This document shows, in pieces, positions 39,795 through 47,883 of a stretch of DNA of 64,000 bases (position 1 is the stretch's first letter; every line of letters starts with the position of its first letter). This DNA comes from an uncultured Acidimicrobiia bacterium (GTDB lineage: Bacteria > Actinomycetota > Acidimicrobiia > Acidimicrobiales > Ilumatobacteraceae). The stretch is taken from the NCBI GenBank assembly GCA_963739975.1, contig CAVUCK010000014.1, forward strand, positions 77,128-141,127. Direction: 5' to 3'. The translations under genes and the position numbers were made by a program. The notes beneath the pieces are model-generated. The model worked only from the letters and a program-made list of their open reading frames with translations, had not been told where the DNA came from and ran no database searches.

Positions 39795-41312
39795 TCAGAC
39801 CGGCGGCACGCCGTGACGCCTGGTGGCGAAATGGCGGTCCTTCCCGCGGGCGAGGGCGAGGCGGCGGATGAGCTCGGCGCGCAGATCCTCCGGCTGCACG
39901 ACCGCGTCGACCACGAGATCCGAGGCCAATCGCAACACGTCGACGTCGGTCTCGAACAGGGCCCGTTGCTCGGCCACGAACGCCTCCCGCTCGCCCGGAT
40001 CGTCGATCGCGGCGATCTTGTTGGCGTACACCGCGTTGATCGCCGCCTCCGGCCCCATGATCGCGATGCGGGCGGTCGGCAAGGCGATCGTCGCGTCGGG
40101 CGCGAACGCCGGGCCCGACATCGCGTAGAGGCCCGCCCCGTACGCCTTGCGGACGATCACGGAGAACTTCGGGACGGTCGCCTCGCTGACCGCGGTCACC
40201 ATCTTCGCGCCGTGGCGGATGATCCCCTGGCGCTCCACCACCGAGCCGATCATGAAGCCCGGCACGTCGGCGAGGAAGACGAGCGGCACGTTGAACGCAT
40301 CGCAGCACCAGATGAACCGCGCCGCCTTGTCCGCCGAGTCGACGAACAGGGTCCCGCCGAGGTGGGCCGAGTTGTTGGCCAGCACCCCGATCGGGTGGCC
40401 GTCGAGCCGGGCCAACCCGACGACGAGCTCGCGGGCGAACAGCGGCTTGATCTCGAAGAAGCTCTCCCGGTCGACGACGCCGTCGATCACGGCGTGGACG
40501 TCGAACGGCACCCGCTCGTCGGCCGGGATCGAGTCCGGTCCCAGCTCGACCTCGGGTGGCTCGCTGGCGTACACCGGAGGATCGTCACGCCAGGTCCGCG
40601 GGAAGTAGCTGAGGTAGGCCCTGGCCTGGTCGATGGCGTCGGTGTCGTCGGATGCCAGGTTGTCGGCGCAGCCCGACTGCGAGACGTGCATCCGCGCGCC
40701 GCCCATCTCCTCCAGCGTGGTGATCTCGCCGACGACCATCTCGGCCATGCGCGGCGAGCCGAGGTACATCGACGCGTTGCCGTCGACCATGAACACGACG
40801 TCGCAGAACGAGGGGATGTACGCGCCGCCGGCTGCTGACGGACCGAAGAGGCAGCACACCTGCGGCACCTGGCCCGAGAGCCGGACCTGGTTGTAGAAGA
40901 TCCGCCCGGCACCACGGCGCCCCGGGAACAGTTGCACCTGGTCGGTCAACCGTCCGCCGGCCGAGTCGACGAGCCACACGATCGGAACCTGCTCCGCCAG
41001 CGCCGTCTCCGACGCCCTGACCATCTTCTCGACGGTGCGTGCCCCCCACGAGCCGGCCTTGACCATCGGGTCGTTGGCCACGACGACGGCCGGGACGCCC
41101 TCGATCGTCGCCCGCCCGGTGACCACGCCGTCGGCGGGCAGCCCGGCGGCCACGGCGTTGGCCAGCACGCCGTCCTCGACGAACGAACCCGGATCGACCA
41201 GCAGGTCGATCCGCTCGCGGGCCGTCAGCTTGCCCTGGCCGCGCAGCTTCTCGAGGCCGCGCGGATCCGGCGTGACGGCTCGCTCGGCGGCCTCCCGCAC
41301 GTCGTCACGCAT
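39795..41312 (-). CDS. acyl-CoA carboxylase carboxyltransferase (beta) subunit
   Basis: ORF 39795..41444 trimmed to ATG 41312 (MRDDVREAAE). Carboxyl_trans pattern seen: KLTARERIDLLVDPGSF, PIVWLVDSAGGRL, GPSAAGGAYIPSFCD, VFLADVPGFMIG. Confidence 0.85.
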   Translation of the reverse strand: MRDDVREAAERAVTPDPRGLEKLRGQGKLTARERIDLLVDPGSFVEDGVLANAVAAGLPADGVVTGRATIEGVPAVVVANDPMVKAGSWGARTVEKMVRASETALAEQVPIVWLVDSAGGRLTDQVQLFPGRRGAGRIFYNQVRLSGQVPQVCCLFGPSAAGGAYIPSFCDVVFMVDGNASMYLGSPRMAEMVVGEITTLEEMGGARMHVSQSGCADNLASDDTDAIDQARAYLSYFPRTWRDDPPVYASEPPEVELGPDSIPADERVPFDVHAVIDGVVDRESFFEIKPLFARELVVGLARLDGHPIGVLANNSAHLGGTLFVDSADKAARFIWCCDAFNVPLVFLADVPGFMIGSVVERQGIIRHGAKMVTAVSEATVPKFSVIVRKAYGAGLYAMSGPAFAPDATIALPTARIAIMGPEAAINAVYANKIAAIDDPGEREAFVAEQRALFETDVDVLRLASDLVVDAVVQPEDLRAELIRRLALARGKDRHFATRRHGVPPV

Positions 41313-41323
41313 GTCGGCGCAGG

Positions 41324-41860
41324 CTAGGTGAGCTGCGGTGCCCCGACATCGTGCAGGTGGTGCACGGGATCGTGGAGGAAGTAGCGGGCAAAGGTGTCCA
41401 CCGTGAAGACGGCGCCGTCGCTGCGCCGCCCGGTCCGCGACCACTGCTCGCCGTCGACGGCGGCGAACGACGCGGCGATGCGGTCGGCGGCGGCGGACAG
41501 CTCACCGGCGACCGTCGGCGGGTCGGCCTCGCCGTACCGCTCGGCGACGGCGGTCTCGTCCTGGTCCCAGTTGGTGAACTGCGGGTCGTCCTCGGTCAGC
41601 ATGAGCGCCAGCCGCTGGTCGAACAACCGGAAGACGTCACGGACGTGGCCGGCGTACTCCAGCGGCGACCACACGCCAGGCCGTGGGCGCCGGGCGACAT
41701 CGGGACGGGCGAGAACCTCCCGCCACCGGACGGCATTGGCCACGACCAGCTCCGGGACCCGCGCGACGTCCACCCGTGCGGCGTCGAAGCCGCACTCCGG
41801 GCAGGTCTGCGTCAGGACCCACGTCCAGTCCTTGGTGTCCGGATCGATGTCGCCATTCAT
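41324..41860 (-). CDS. DinB-fold (DinB_2-like) protein with an N-terminal CxxC
   Basis: ORF 41324..41962 trimmed to ATG 41860 (MNGDIDPD). Motifs: TCPECGF, WSPLEYAGHVRDV, YFLHDPVHHLHDV. Confidence 0.55.
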   Translation of the reverse strand: MNGDIDPDTKDWTWVLTQTCPECGFDAARVDVARVPELVVANAVRWREVLARPDVARRPRPGVWSPLEYAGHVRDVFRLFDQRLALMLTEDDPQFTNWDQDETAVAERYGEADPPTVAGELSAAADRIAASFAAVDGEQWSRTGRRSDGAVFTVDTFARYFLHDPVHHLHDVGAPQLT

Positions 41861-42010
41861 GCCCCGCAACGTAACGATCGACGAAGTCGCCTCGCCGTTC
41901 GCAGCCGGAGCAGCTACCCTCCTGCGTCGATCGCCGTGCGGACGGTGACGAAACTCCAACACCGGGAGCTGGTCATGCGGATGACAGCCCGGAGAAAAGG
42001 TGGGCTTCCA

Positions 42011-42894
42011 ATGGGCACTCGTCGGTTCACGACCACGGTCGTCGGCTTCGGCGCGCTCGCCGCATCGCTGATGGTGCTCCCAGGCATGCTCGACGCGTCG
42101 TCGACCGCCAACGGGCCCGTGCCGGCGGGCGGCGTCGGCCCACCCGCCCAGGAGTGCGCGGACAACGGCTTCCCGGACACGATGGGGGTCAAGGACGAGA
42201 CGCCCGGGAACCCCAACCCCGAGGTGTTCAACGTCGATGGCGGCACCATCTCATGCACTTACTCCGATGAGAGCGGGGGCGAGTATCCACAGCGTCACCG
42301 TCACGTCGACGGGCGACGATCATGATCAGCGGGATCGTCGTGAAGGCTGGGCAGCAGGATCTGACCGACGGCACTCCACCATTCGTCGTGCAGACGGATG
42401 CAGGGAATCTCGCACGTCACGGTGTGTTCACGGCGGCCCGACCACGACGCGACCACGACCACGACGATGCCGGACACCACCACCACGACGACCATGCCCA
42501 CGACACCACCACCACGACGACGATCCCGGCGACACCACCACGACGACGATCCCGGGACACGACCACGTCGACCTGCTCGTCGACCTCCACGACGATGGTC
42601 TCGCCGACCACCGGGGTCGAGACGACGACGACCATCGCCGAGACGACCACCACCGCCGGTCAGACGACCACCACCACGGCCGACTCGACGTCGACGACCG
42701 CCGTCAGCGGGTCGTCGACCACCGTGACGCCGACGACCGCCCACCCGACGACCACCACCAACGTCCCGCCGCCGAACACCGGCAGCCTGCCGAACACCGG
42801 CAGCAGCGCGACCTCGAACGTGATCGCCATCGCGGTGCTCGCCCTCCTGGGTGGCGCTCTGGCCCTCGTCATCGCCCGCCGCCGGGCGCTCTGA
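42011..42894 (+). CDS. secreted Thr-rich surface protein with an LPXTG sortase signal; reading frame broken several times
   Basis: ATG 42011 lies 7 nt after AAGGTGG. A signal peptide (MGTRRFTTTVVGFGALAASLMVLPGMLDA) is present in the frame of ORF 41351..42325. The C-terminus in ORF 42322..42894 ends ...TTTNVPPPNTGSLPNTGSSATSNVIAIAVLALLGGALALVIARRRAL (LPNTG + TM + basic tail). The poly-Thr tracts between them hop among all three frames. Confidence 0.6.
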
Positions 42895-42900
42895 TTCGAC

Positions 42901-42934
42901 CGGTCGGTGGGCCACCCACCAGGCCCACCGACCG
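42901..42934 (+). terminator. hairpin immediately after the LPXTG gene stop
   Basis: CGGTCGGTGGGCC (42901-42913), an 8-nt loop, then GGCCCACCGACCG (42922-42934): a perfect 13-bp stem. No U-tract follows. Confidence 0.45.
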
Positions 42935-42959
42935 TCGAACCCCGCCGGCCGGCGGTCGA

Positions 42960-43003
42960 TCTGTGAGCTGAGCGCGCCGACAAGCGTCGCTTCAGCTCAC
43001 AGA
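42960..43003. repeat. palindromic element resembling copies A and B
   Basis: TCTGTGAGCTGAGCG (42960-42974) pairs with CGCTTCAGCTCACAGA (42988-43003) with one bulge. It shares the TCTG-GTGAGC...GCTCAC-AGA ends with 21939 and 32888. It lies between the convergent LPXTG and rsbS-like genes. Confidence 0.45.
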
Positions 43004-43019
43004 TCGAGCGCGACGGCTC

Positions 43020-43439
43020 CTACGACCGGCTCGGCGGCGGACCTCGCTCCCCCAGCACACCGAGCGTGGACTGCCCGGTCCGATGGCCGGCCGTGACGCT
43101 CTCGAGGTACGTCAACCCTTGCTCCAGGTCCAGCGCGCTCTGGATGTCGAGATCCATGCCGAGTCGGACGACGGCGAACGCGACATCGGGCTGGATCCCG
43201 ACGATCACCGTCGCCGCCCCTCGCAGGCGCGCCATGTGGGCGAGGTCGCGCAACGACTTCGAGCCGTACGAGTCGAGGACGTCGAGCGCGGCGACATCGA
43301 TCACGATCCCCTGTGCCCGATCACGACCGATCTGGTCGAGGACGTCTTCCTGGAACCGCAGCAACTCGGCGTCGTCGAGCGCGGCGTGGATCGAGGCGAT
43401 GAGGAAGTCCCCTTGGCGCAGGATGGAGACGAACATCAC
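43020..43439 (-). CDS. RsbS-like single-STAS stressosome scaffold protein
   Basis: ORF 43020..43439. STAS domain with the conserved phosphorylatable Ser context: GIVIDVAALDVLDSYGSKSLRDLAHMARLRGAATVIVGIQPDVA. Confidence 0.72.
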   Translation of the reverse strand: MMFVSILRQGDFLIASIHAALDDAELLRFQEDVLDQIGRDRAQGIVIDVAALDVLDSYGSKSLRDLAHMARLRGAATVIVGIQPDVAFAVVRLGMDLDIQSALDLEQGLTYLESVTAGHRTGQSTLGVLGERGPPPSRS

Positions 43440-43458
43440 CCGATGGGTCCGGCTTCGC

Positions 43459-44340
43459 TCAGCTGTCGTCGGCGCGGGTCACGCGGAAGCCGAGTTGGCG
43501 CTCCGCTTCCTCGATCCCCCCTTGGAGATCGCCGATCGTGTTCATCTTCGTCAGATCGACCCCGATGGTCACGAGGGTGCGGGCGATCTCGGACGACAGG
43601 CCCGTGATGATGACGCTGGCGCCCATGAGGCGTGACGCGTCGACCGTCTGCACCAGGTGGTTGGCGACCGAGGTGTCGAACTCCGGCACGCCCGTGATGT
43701 CGATCACGACGACACGAGCACGGTTGGTGCGGATCCCCCAGAGCAGCTGGTCGGTCAGCTGTGTCGCCCGTTGACTGTCCAGGACGCCGATGATCGGCAG
43801 GATCAGCAGTTGCTCGCGCACCTGCAGCACCGGGGTCGACAGCTCGCGGATCGCATCCTGCTGCTGACGGATGATCCGTTCGCGCTCCTCGACGAAGCTG
43901 ACGGCGACGGTGTTGGCGATCCGGTTGGCCGCCGGCTCGTACGCGTCGAGCACGCGGTTGAGCAGCCCGAAGTCGTCGTGGTACTTCAGGAACAGGGAAC
44001 GAGCCAAGACGTCGCGCAGCAGCAGGACGATGCCGACCACCTCGTTCGTCTCGACCCCGCGGGGGATGATCCGCTCCGAGAGATCACGAGCGTAGCGCTG
44101 CAGCGCATCGACATTGCCGGTCTCCAGGACCTCGACGTAGTTGTCGTACACCGACGTCGTCTCCGATCCGATCTCCTGCGGCGTCATGGCCTGGAGGAGA
44201 TGCGCGGCGTCGATCCGAGCGGCCCACTCCTCGCGCAGCTCCGTGCGGTGCTGGCGCAGGTGGGCGACGAGCTCGGGCAGCAGCGCGTGGTCGTCCGGGT
44301 TCGACGTGTCGTCGCTCCCGGCGGGCTCGGGCTCATTCAT
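43459..44340 (-). CDS. RsbR-like stressosome sensor (helical N-terminal sensor domain + C-terminal STAS)
   Basis: ORF 43459..44850 trimmed to ATG 44340 (MNEPEPAG), preceded by GGAAGGA. C-terminal STAS: LLILPIIGVLDSQRATQLTDQLL...VVVIDITGVPEFDTSVANHLVQTVDASRLMGASVIITGLSSEIA. Confidence 0.75.
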   Translation of the reverse strand: MNEPEPAGSDDTSNPDDHALLPELVAHLRQHRTELREEWAARIDAAHLLQAMTPQEIGSETTSVYDNYVEVLETGNVDALQRYARDLSERIIPRGVETNEVVGIVLLLRDVLARSLFLKYHDDFGLLNRVLDAYEPAANRIANTVAVSFVEERERIIRQQQDAIRELSTPVLQVREQLLILPIIGVLDSQRATQLTDQLLWGIRTNRARVVVIDITGVPEFDTSVANHLVQTVDASRLMGASVIITGLSSEIARTLVTIGVDLTKMNTIGDLQGGIEEAERQLGFRVTRADDS

Positions 44341-44396
44341 GGACGGTTCCTTCCTGGTTCGTGACGGATCGATGAGTGCTCGCATCGGCTGCACCG

Positions 44397-45500
44397 TCAG
44401 CGCCACTTCGTCATGCTGACCGTCGTGCCACGGCCGACCTCGGAGGTGATCTCGAACTCGTCCATCAGCCGTCGCGAGCCGGGCAGGCCCAAGCCCCGCC
44501 CACCGTAGGTGGTGAACCCGACCTCGAGCGCACGATCGATGTCGACGATGCCCGGCCCGACGTCGCGAGCGACGATCGACAACCCGATCGAACCACCGTC
44601 CTCGATGATCGCCATCGCCATCTCCCCGCGATGGGCGAAGCGGACGACGTTGCGGGCGATCTCCGAGATGGCGGTGGCGATCATCGTGGCGTCGGTCGGC
44701 GCGAAGCCGGCTCGGACCGCCAGCTGGCGACCACGCTGGCGGGCGGCGACGACGTCGGCGTCGGCAGCCACGAGGACCCGCGCCTCGTCGTCGGTGTCCT
44801 TCGACCGCCGGTCGAACACCGATTCGCTGAGCGAGGCGCAGAACTCGCACTCCAGCAGGTGGTAACCGACGTCGAGCTCCGCTTGGCGGCGCCGGTTGCC
44901 GGCCGAGAGCGCCAGCAGCGACGGTCGACAGCGTTCCGATGGCGGCTCGCCGGACAGCACGAGGAGGTATTCGACGCGCAACTTGGCGCGGGAACGACTG
45001 AGTCGCGCCGCGATCGCTCCCGCCGTCGACCCCGCCACGTCCGCGATCTCGGCCGTCGGAAGGCCCTCGACCTCGTGGGCGACCAGCATCTCCCGTTCGG
45101 GCGGCGGCAAGCGGTCGAGGGCGTCGCGAACGGCGGCGTTCTCCTCGTCCTCGACCAGGGGCTCGTCGGGCGCCGCCGGCTGCGTGGGATCGAAGAGTCG
45201 GTGCACGTGGCGCCGACTGGTCGCCGACCGCCGCCAGAACGACGCCACGAGGTTGCGGGCCGTGACGATGGCATACGGCCCGAGGGCCTCATCGTCCAGT
45301 CGAGCGCGCGCTCCGAGCACTCGTGCCAGGGTCTCTTGGACGAGGTCGTCGACCTCGTCGACATGGCCGAGTCGAGCTCGCACGACTCGCCGGACGACGG
45401 CGGTCACCTCCGCGAGGTCGGTCGAGAGCGCCGCGGGTGATTCGTCGTCAGTAGCGCTCAGCACCAGGCGAGCGAACCTACCCAGGCTGGTCGAGCCCAA
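44397..45500 (-). CDS. single ORF fusing an ECF sigma factor (regions 2 and 4), a ZAS-type C..HxxxCxxC motif and an RsbT-like GHKL switch kinase
   Basis: ORF 44397..45500 (TTG start; alternative GTG at 45464). Region 2: DDLVQETLARVL. Region 4: PPPEREMLVAHEVEGLPTAEIADVAGSTAGAIAARLSRSRAKLR. Zinc motif: ERC-x22-HLLECEFC. RsbT-like part: DVVAARQRGRQLAVRAGF...IATAISEIARNVVRFA...ARDVGPGI...GLGLPGSRRLMDEFEITSEVGRGTTVSMTKW. Confidence 0.72.
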   Translation of the reverse strand: MGSTSLGRFARLVLSATDDESPAALSTDLAEVTAVVRRVVRARLGHVDEVDDLVQETLARVLGARARLDDEALGPYAIVTARNLVASFWRRSATSRRHVHRLFDPTQPAAPDEPLVEDEENAAVRDALDRLPPPEREMLVAHEVEGLPTAEIADVAGSTAGAIAARLSRSRAKLRVEYLLVLSGEPPSERCRPSLLALSAGNRRRQAELDVGYHLLECEFCASLSESVFDRRSKDTDDEARVLVAADADVVAARQRGRQLAVRAGFAPTDATMIATAISEIARNVVRFAHRGEMAMAIIEDGGSIGLSIVARDVGPGIVDIDRALEVGFTTYGGRGLGLPGSRRLMDEFEITSEVGRGTTVSMTKWR

Positions 45501-45584
45501 CCGTCCGAGAAATCCTGGGCCGCTGACCTGCGGCGTTGCGAAGAATCGCCGATCCTCGCGTCACGGCGGGCGGAGAGGGCGCCG

Positions 45585-45950
45585 GTGACCCAGGAGGGGC
45601 TCGTCAACGTGAACCTGACCGGTGCCACCGTCCAGGTGCCGATCGCCCTCGCCGCCAACGTGTGCGACGTCAACGTCGCCGTGCTCGTCGACGAGCTGAG
45701 CGACGGCTCGTCGCCGTGCGACGCCAGCTCCGAGTCGGGCGCGGTCGTCGAGGCCCAGGACAGTGGCCCCGTCACGCAGCGCGGCCTCGTCAACGTCAAC
45801 ATCACCGATCTCGTCGTGCAGGCCCCCATCGGCATCGCCGCCAACGTCTGCGACGTCAACGTCGGCGTGCTCGTCGGCACCTTGCTCGATGAGGCCGCAG
45901 ATTGCGACGCCGCATCGACGCCTGACGCGATCACCACCATCACGGGCTGA
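45585..45950 (+). CDS. two-domain chaplin-like (DUF320-like) protein without a recognisable signal peptide
   Basis: ORF 45585..45950, with the GTG 5 nt after GGAGAGGG. Two repeats are present: GLVNVN(L/I)T..VVQ(V/A)PI..AANVCDVNV.VLV...C. These match the chaplin core VQVPV..PVNVCGN.V.V with two Cys per repeat. No in-frame start codon exists further upstream. Confidence 0.55.
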   Translation: MTQEGLVNVNLTGATVQVPIALAANVCDVNVAVLVDELSDGSSPCDASSESGAVVEAQDSGPVTQRGLVNVNITDLVVQAPIGIAANVCDVNVGVLVGTLLDEAADCDAASTPDAITTITG

Positions 45951-46080
45951 CGAGCTTCGTCCGCGGTCCGGCGCAGCGTGGCGCACCGCGGGCCAGCTTC
46001 AATTTCGGCCCGAATCCCTGCGTTGCCCGTGCCAAGCTCGGGCCACGCAGCAGCTCTTCGTCACGGACACCACGCCGAAC

Positions 46081-47760
46081 GTGCGGTTCCCGATCTATTG
46101 CCGGGGCAACGTCGGCGAGGTGTTTCCGAACGTGATGACGCCGATGACGGCGTCGCTCTTTCGCGAGAGCGCGGCGCGGGGCCAGGAACGGGCGGTCCTC
46201 GAGTTCGGCATGGTGTCGAGATCCCACGTCGAGGGTCAGGACTCGGTGTTGACGGGCGTGTTCGGCGGCTACCTCTACGGGAACCTGTCGCTCGGGCGCG
46301 TCGGCGCGGCGCGGGTGCCGGCGATGTCCGTGGCCGACATCGACCGTGAGCTGTTCGGGGTCAGCGACGCTCCGCCGCATCGGCGCCAGCGCGGCGAGCG
46401 CAGCGCGCTGGGGACGGCGCGTGGATTGCGGCAGATGACGCGTTCCCTGCTGCGCAGCGAGCGGGCCGCGGCGCCGGCACGCACCGCCCGGGCCGACGTT
46501 GCGAACTGGCTCGCCACCCTCCCCTCCGCCGAATCGTCGGACGGGGCGACCCTGGTGGCGCGGGTCGACGGTGGCCAGGCGTGGATGGAGCGGATGATGT
46601 ACCACCTGCTCCACGTCAGCGCGATGTCCGGGGTCACGCGCAGCGTCCTCGAACGGCTCGTCGCTCGGTTCGACGAGCCCGGCTTGGTCAACGTGCTCAC
46701 CGCCGGCCTGGGCACCATCGAATCGGCGCGGCCGGCGAACGAGCTGTGGCGACTGGGGCGGACGGTCGTCGCCTCGCCCGCCCTGACGGCGCGGTTCGAC
46801 GAGGGTGGTCCCGACCTCGAGCAACGGCTGCGCGCCGACCCGGCGGCGCAGTCGTTCGTCGCGGGCTTCGATGCGTTCCTTGCCGCCCACGGCGCACGGG
46901 GCCCCGACGAGTGGGAGCTGGCGTCACCGACGTGGGGTAGTGATCCGTCCATCGCCCTCGCCGCGATCGACAAGCTGCGCCACGCGCCAGCAGAGCGCGA
47001 TCCAGCCATCGCGTCAGCGCGCCTCGCCGACGAGCGAGAGCGGCGCATTGTCGAGGTCCGCGGCGCCCTCGGCGTGTTCCAGCGTGGTCTGTTCGATCGC
47101 GCCGTCCGGGCCACCGCCTTGTTCGCCGCCGAGCGCGAGGCCACGAAGGCGGCGTTCGTGCGGGCGCTGGAGCCGTCGCGCCGAGCGCTCGCCGAGCTCG
47201 CCCGGCGCATCGGGATCGCTCGCGACGACCTGTTCATGGTCACCGTCGACGAGCTTCCCCGCCTGCTCGCCGATCCGCCGGCCTTCTCCGGGCTGATCGA
47301 CGAGCGGCGCCAGCGCCGCGACTTCCTCCAGGCCGGTGTGCCGCCGTTCTGGTTCGAGGGCCACCTACCGGCACCGGAGACGTGGCCCAGGCGAGCGGAT
47401 CGATCGGAACCCGACGACCGCCCGCGCCAGCTGAACGGGATGGGCGTCTGCCCGGGCACCGCAACGGGGTTGGCCCGCGTGGTGCTCGACCCCGCCGATC
47501 CGCGTGACCTCGGCCCCGACGACGTACTGGTCGCACCCATCACGGATCCTGCCTGGACCCCGTTGTTCCTCGCCGTCGCTGCGGTGGTCGTGGATGTGGG
47601 CGCCCAACAGAGTCACGCCGCGATCGTCGCCCGCGAGCTCGGCATCCCTGCCGTCGTCAGCGTGCATGACGCATCGCGCACCATCGTCGACGGGACCCGC
47701 CTGACCGTCGACGGCGCCGCCGGCACCGTGACCGTCCATGGGCGGCGGCCGCTCAACTGA
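46081..47760 (+). CDS. PEP-utilising-enzyme mobile-domain protein (PpsA / rifampicin-phosphotransferase-like C-terminus)
   Basis: Tail of ORF 45763..47760. The C-terminal swivel domain is GVCPGTATGLARVV...VLVAPITDPAWTPLF..AAVVVDVGAQQSHAAIVARELGIPAV. The start is uncertain: GTG 46081, or ATG 45889, which overlaps the chaplin-like gene. Confidence 0.62.
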   Translation: MRFPIYCRGNVGEVFPNVMTPMTASLFRESAARGQERAVLEFGMVSRSHVEGQDSVLTGVFGGYLYGNLSLGRVGAARVPAMSVADIDRELFGVSDAPPHRRQRGERSALGTARGLRQMTRSLLRSERAAAPARTARADVANWLATLPSAESSDGATLVARVDGGQAWMERMMYHLLHVSAMSGVTRSVLERLVARFDEPGLVNVLTAGLGTIESARPANELWRLGRTVVASPALTARFDEGGPDLEQRLRADPAAQSFVAGFDAFLAAHGARGPDEWELASPTWGSDPSIALAAIDKLRHAPAERDPAIASARLADERERRIVEVRGALGVFQRGLFDRAVRATALFAAEREATKAAFVRALEPSRRALAELARRIGIARDDLFMVTVDELPRLLADPPAFSGLIDERRQRRDFLQAGVPPFWFEGHLPAPETWPRRADRSEPDDRPRQLNGMGVCPGTATGLARVVLDPADPRDLGPDDVLVAPITDPAWTPLFLAVAAVVVDVGAQQSHAAIVARELGIPAVVSVHDASRTIVDGTRLTVDGAAGTVTVHGRRPLN

Positions 47761-47805
47761 GTCGATCGCCTCGCTCGGTCCGAAGCCCCGCTCACCGACC
47801 TCGAT

Positions 47806-47875
47806 CTGGGCGCGGACCTTCTCAAACGCCCTTCTGGGCGCGCAGGTTCCCACTTTCGAGAACCTCCGCGCCCAG
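47806..47875. terminator. long imperfect hairpin between convergent genes
   Basis: CTGGGCGCGGACCTTCTC (47806-47823) pairs with GAGAACCTCCGCGCCCAG (47858-47875) at 16 of 18 positions. A partial extra left-arm copy lies at 47833-47842. The structure sits between stops at 47760 and 47884. Confidence 0.4.
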
Positions 47876-47883
47876 TTGGTCGC

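Noticed and set aside
42398-42727. Repetitive ACC/ACG/CCA region, considered as a tandem DNA repeat or CRISPR-like array
   Set aside because: There is no repeat-spacer periodicity. The repetition is codon-level poly-Thr (or Pro/Arg in other frames) inside the LPXTG protein gene.
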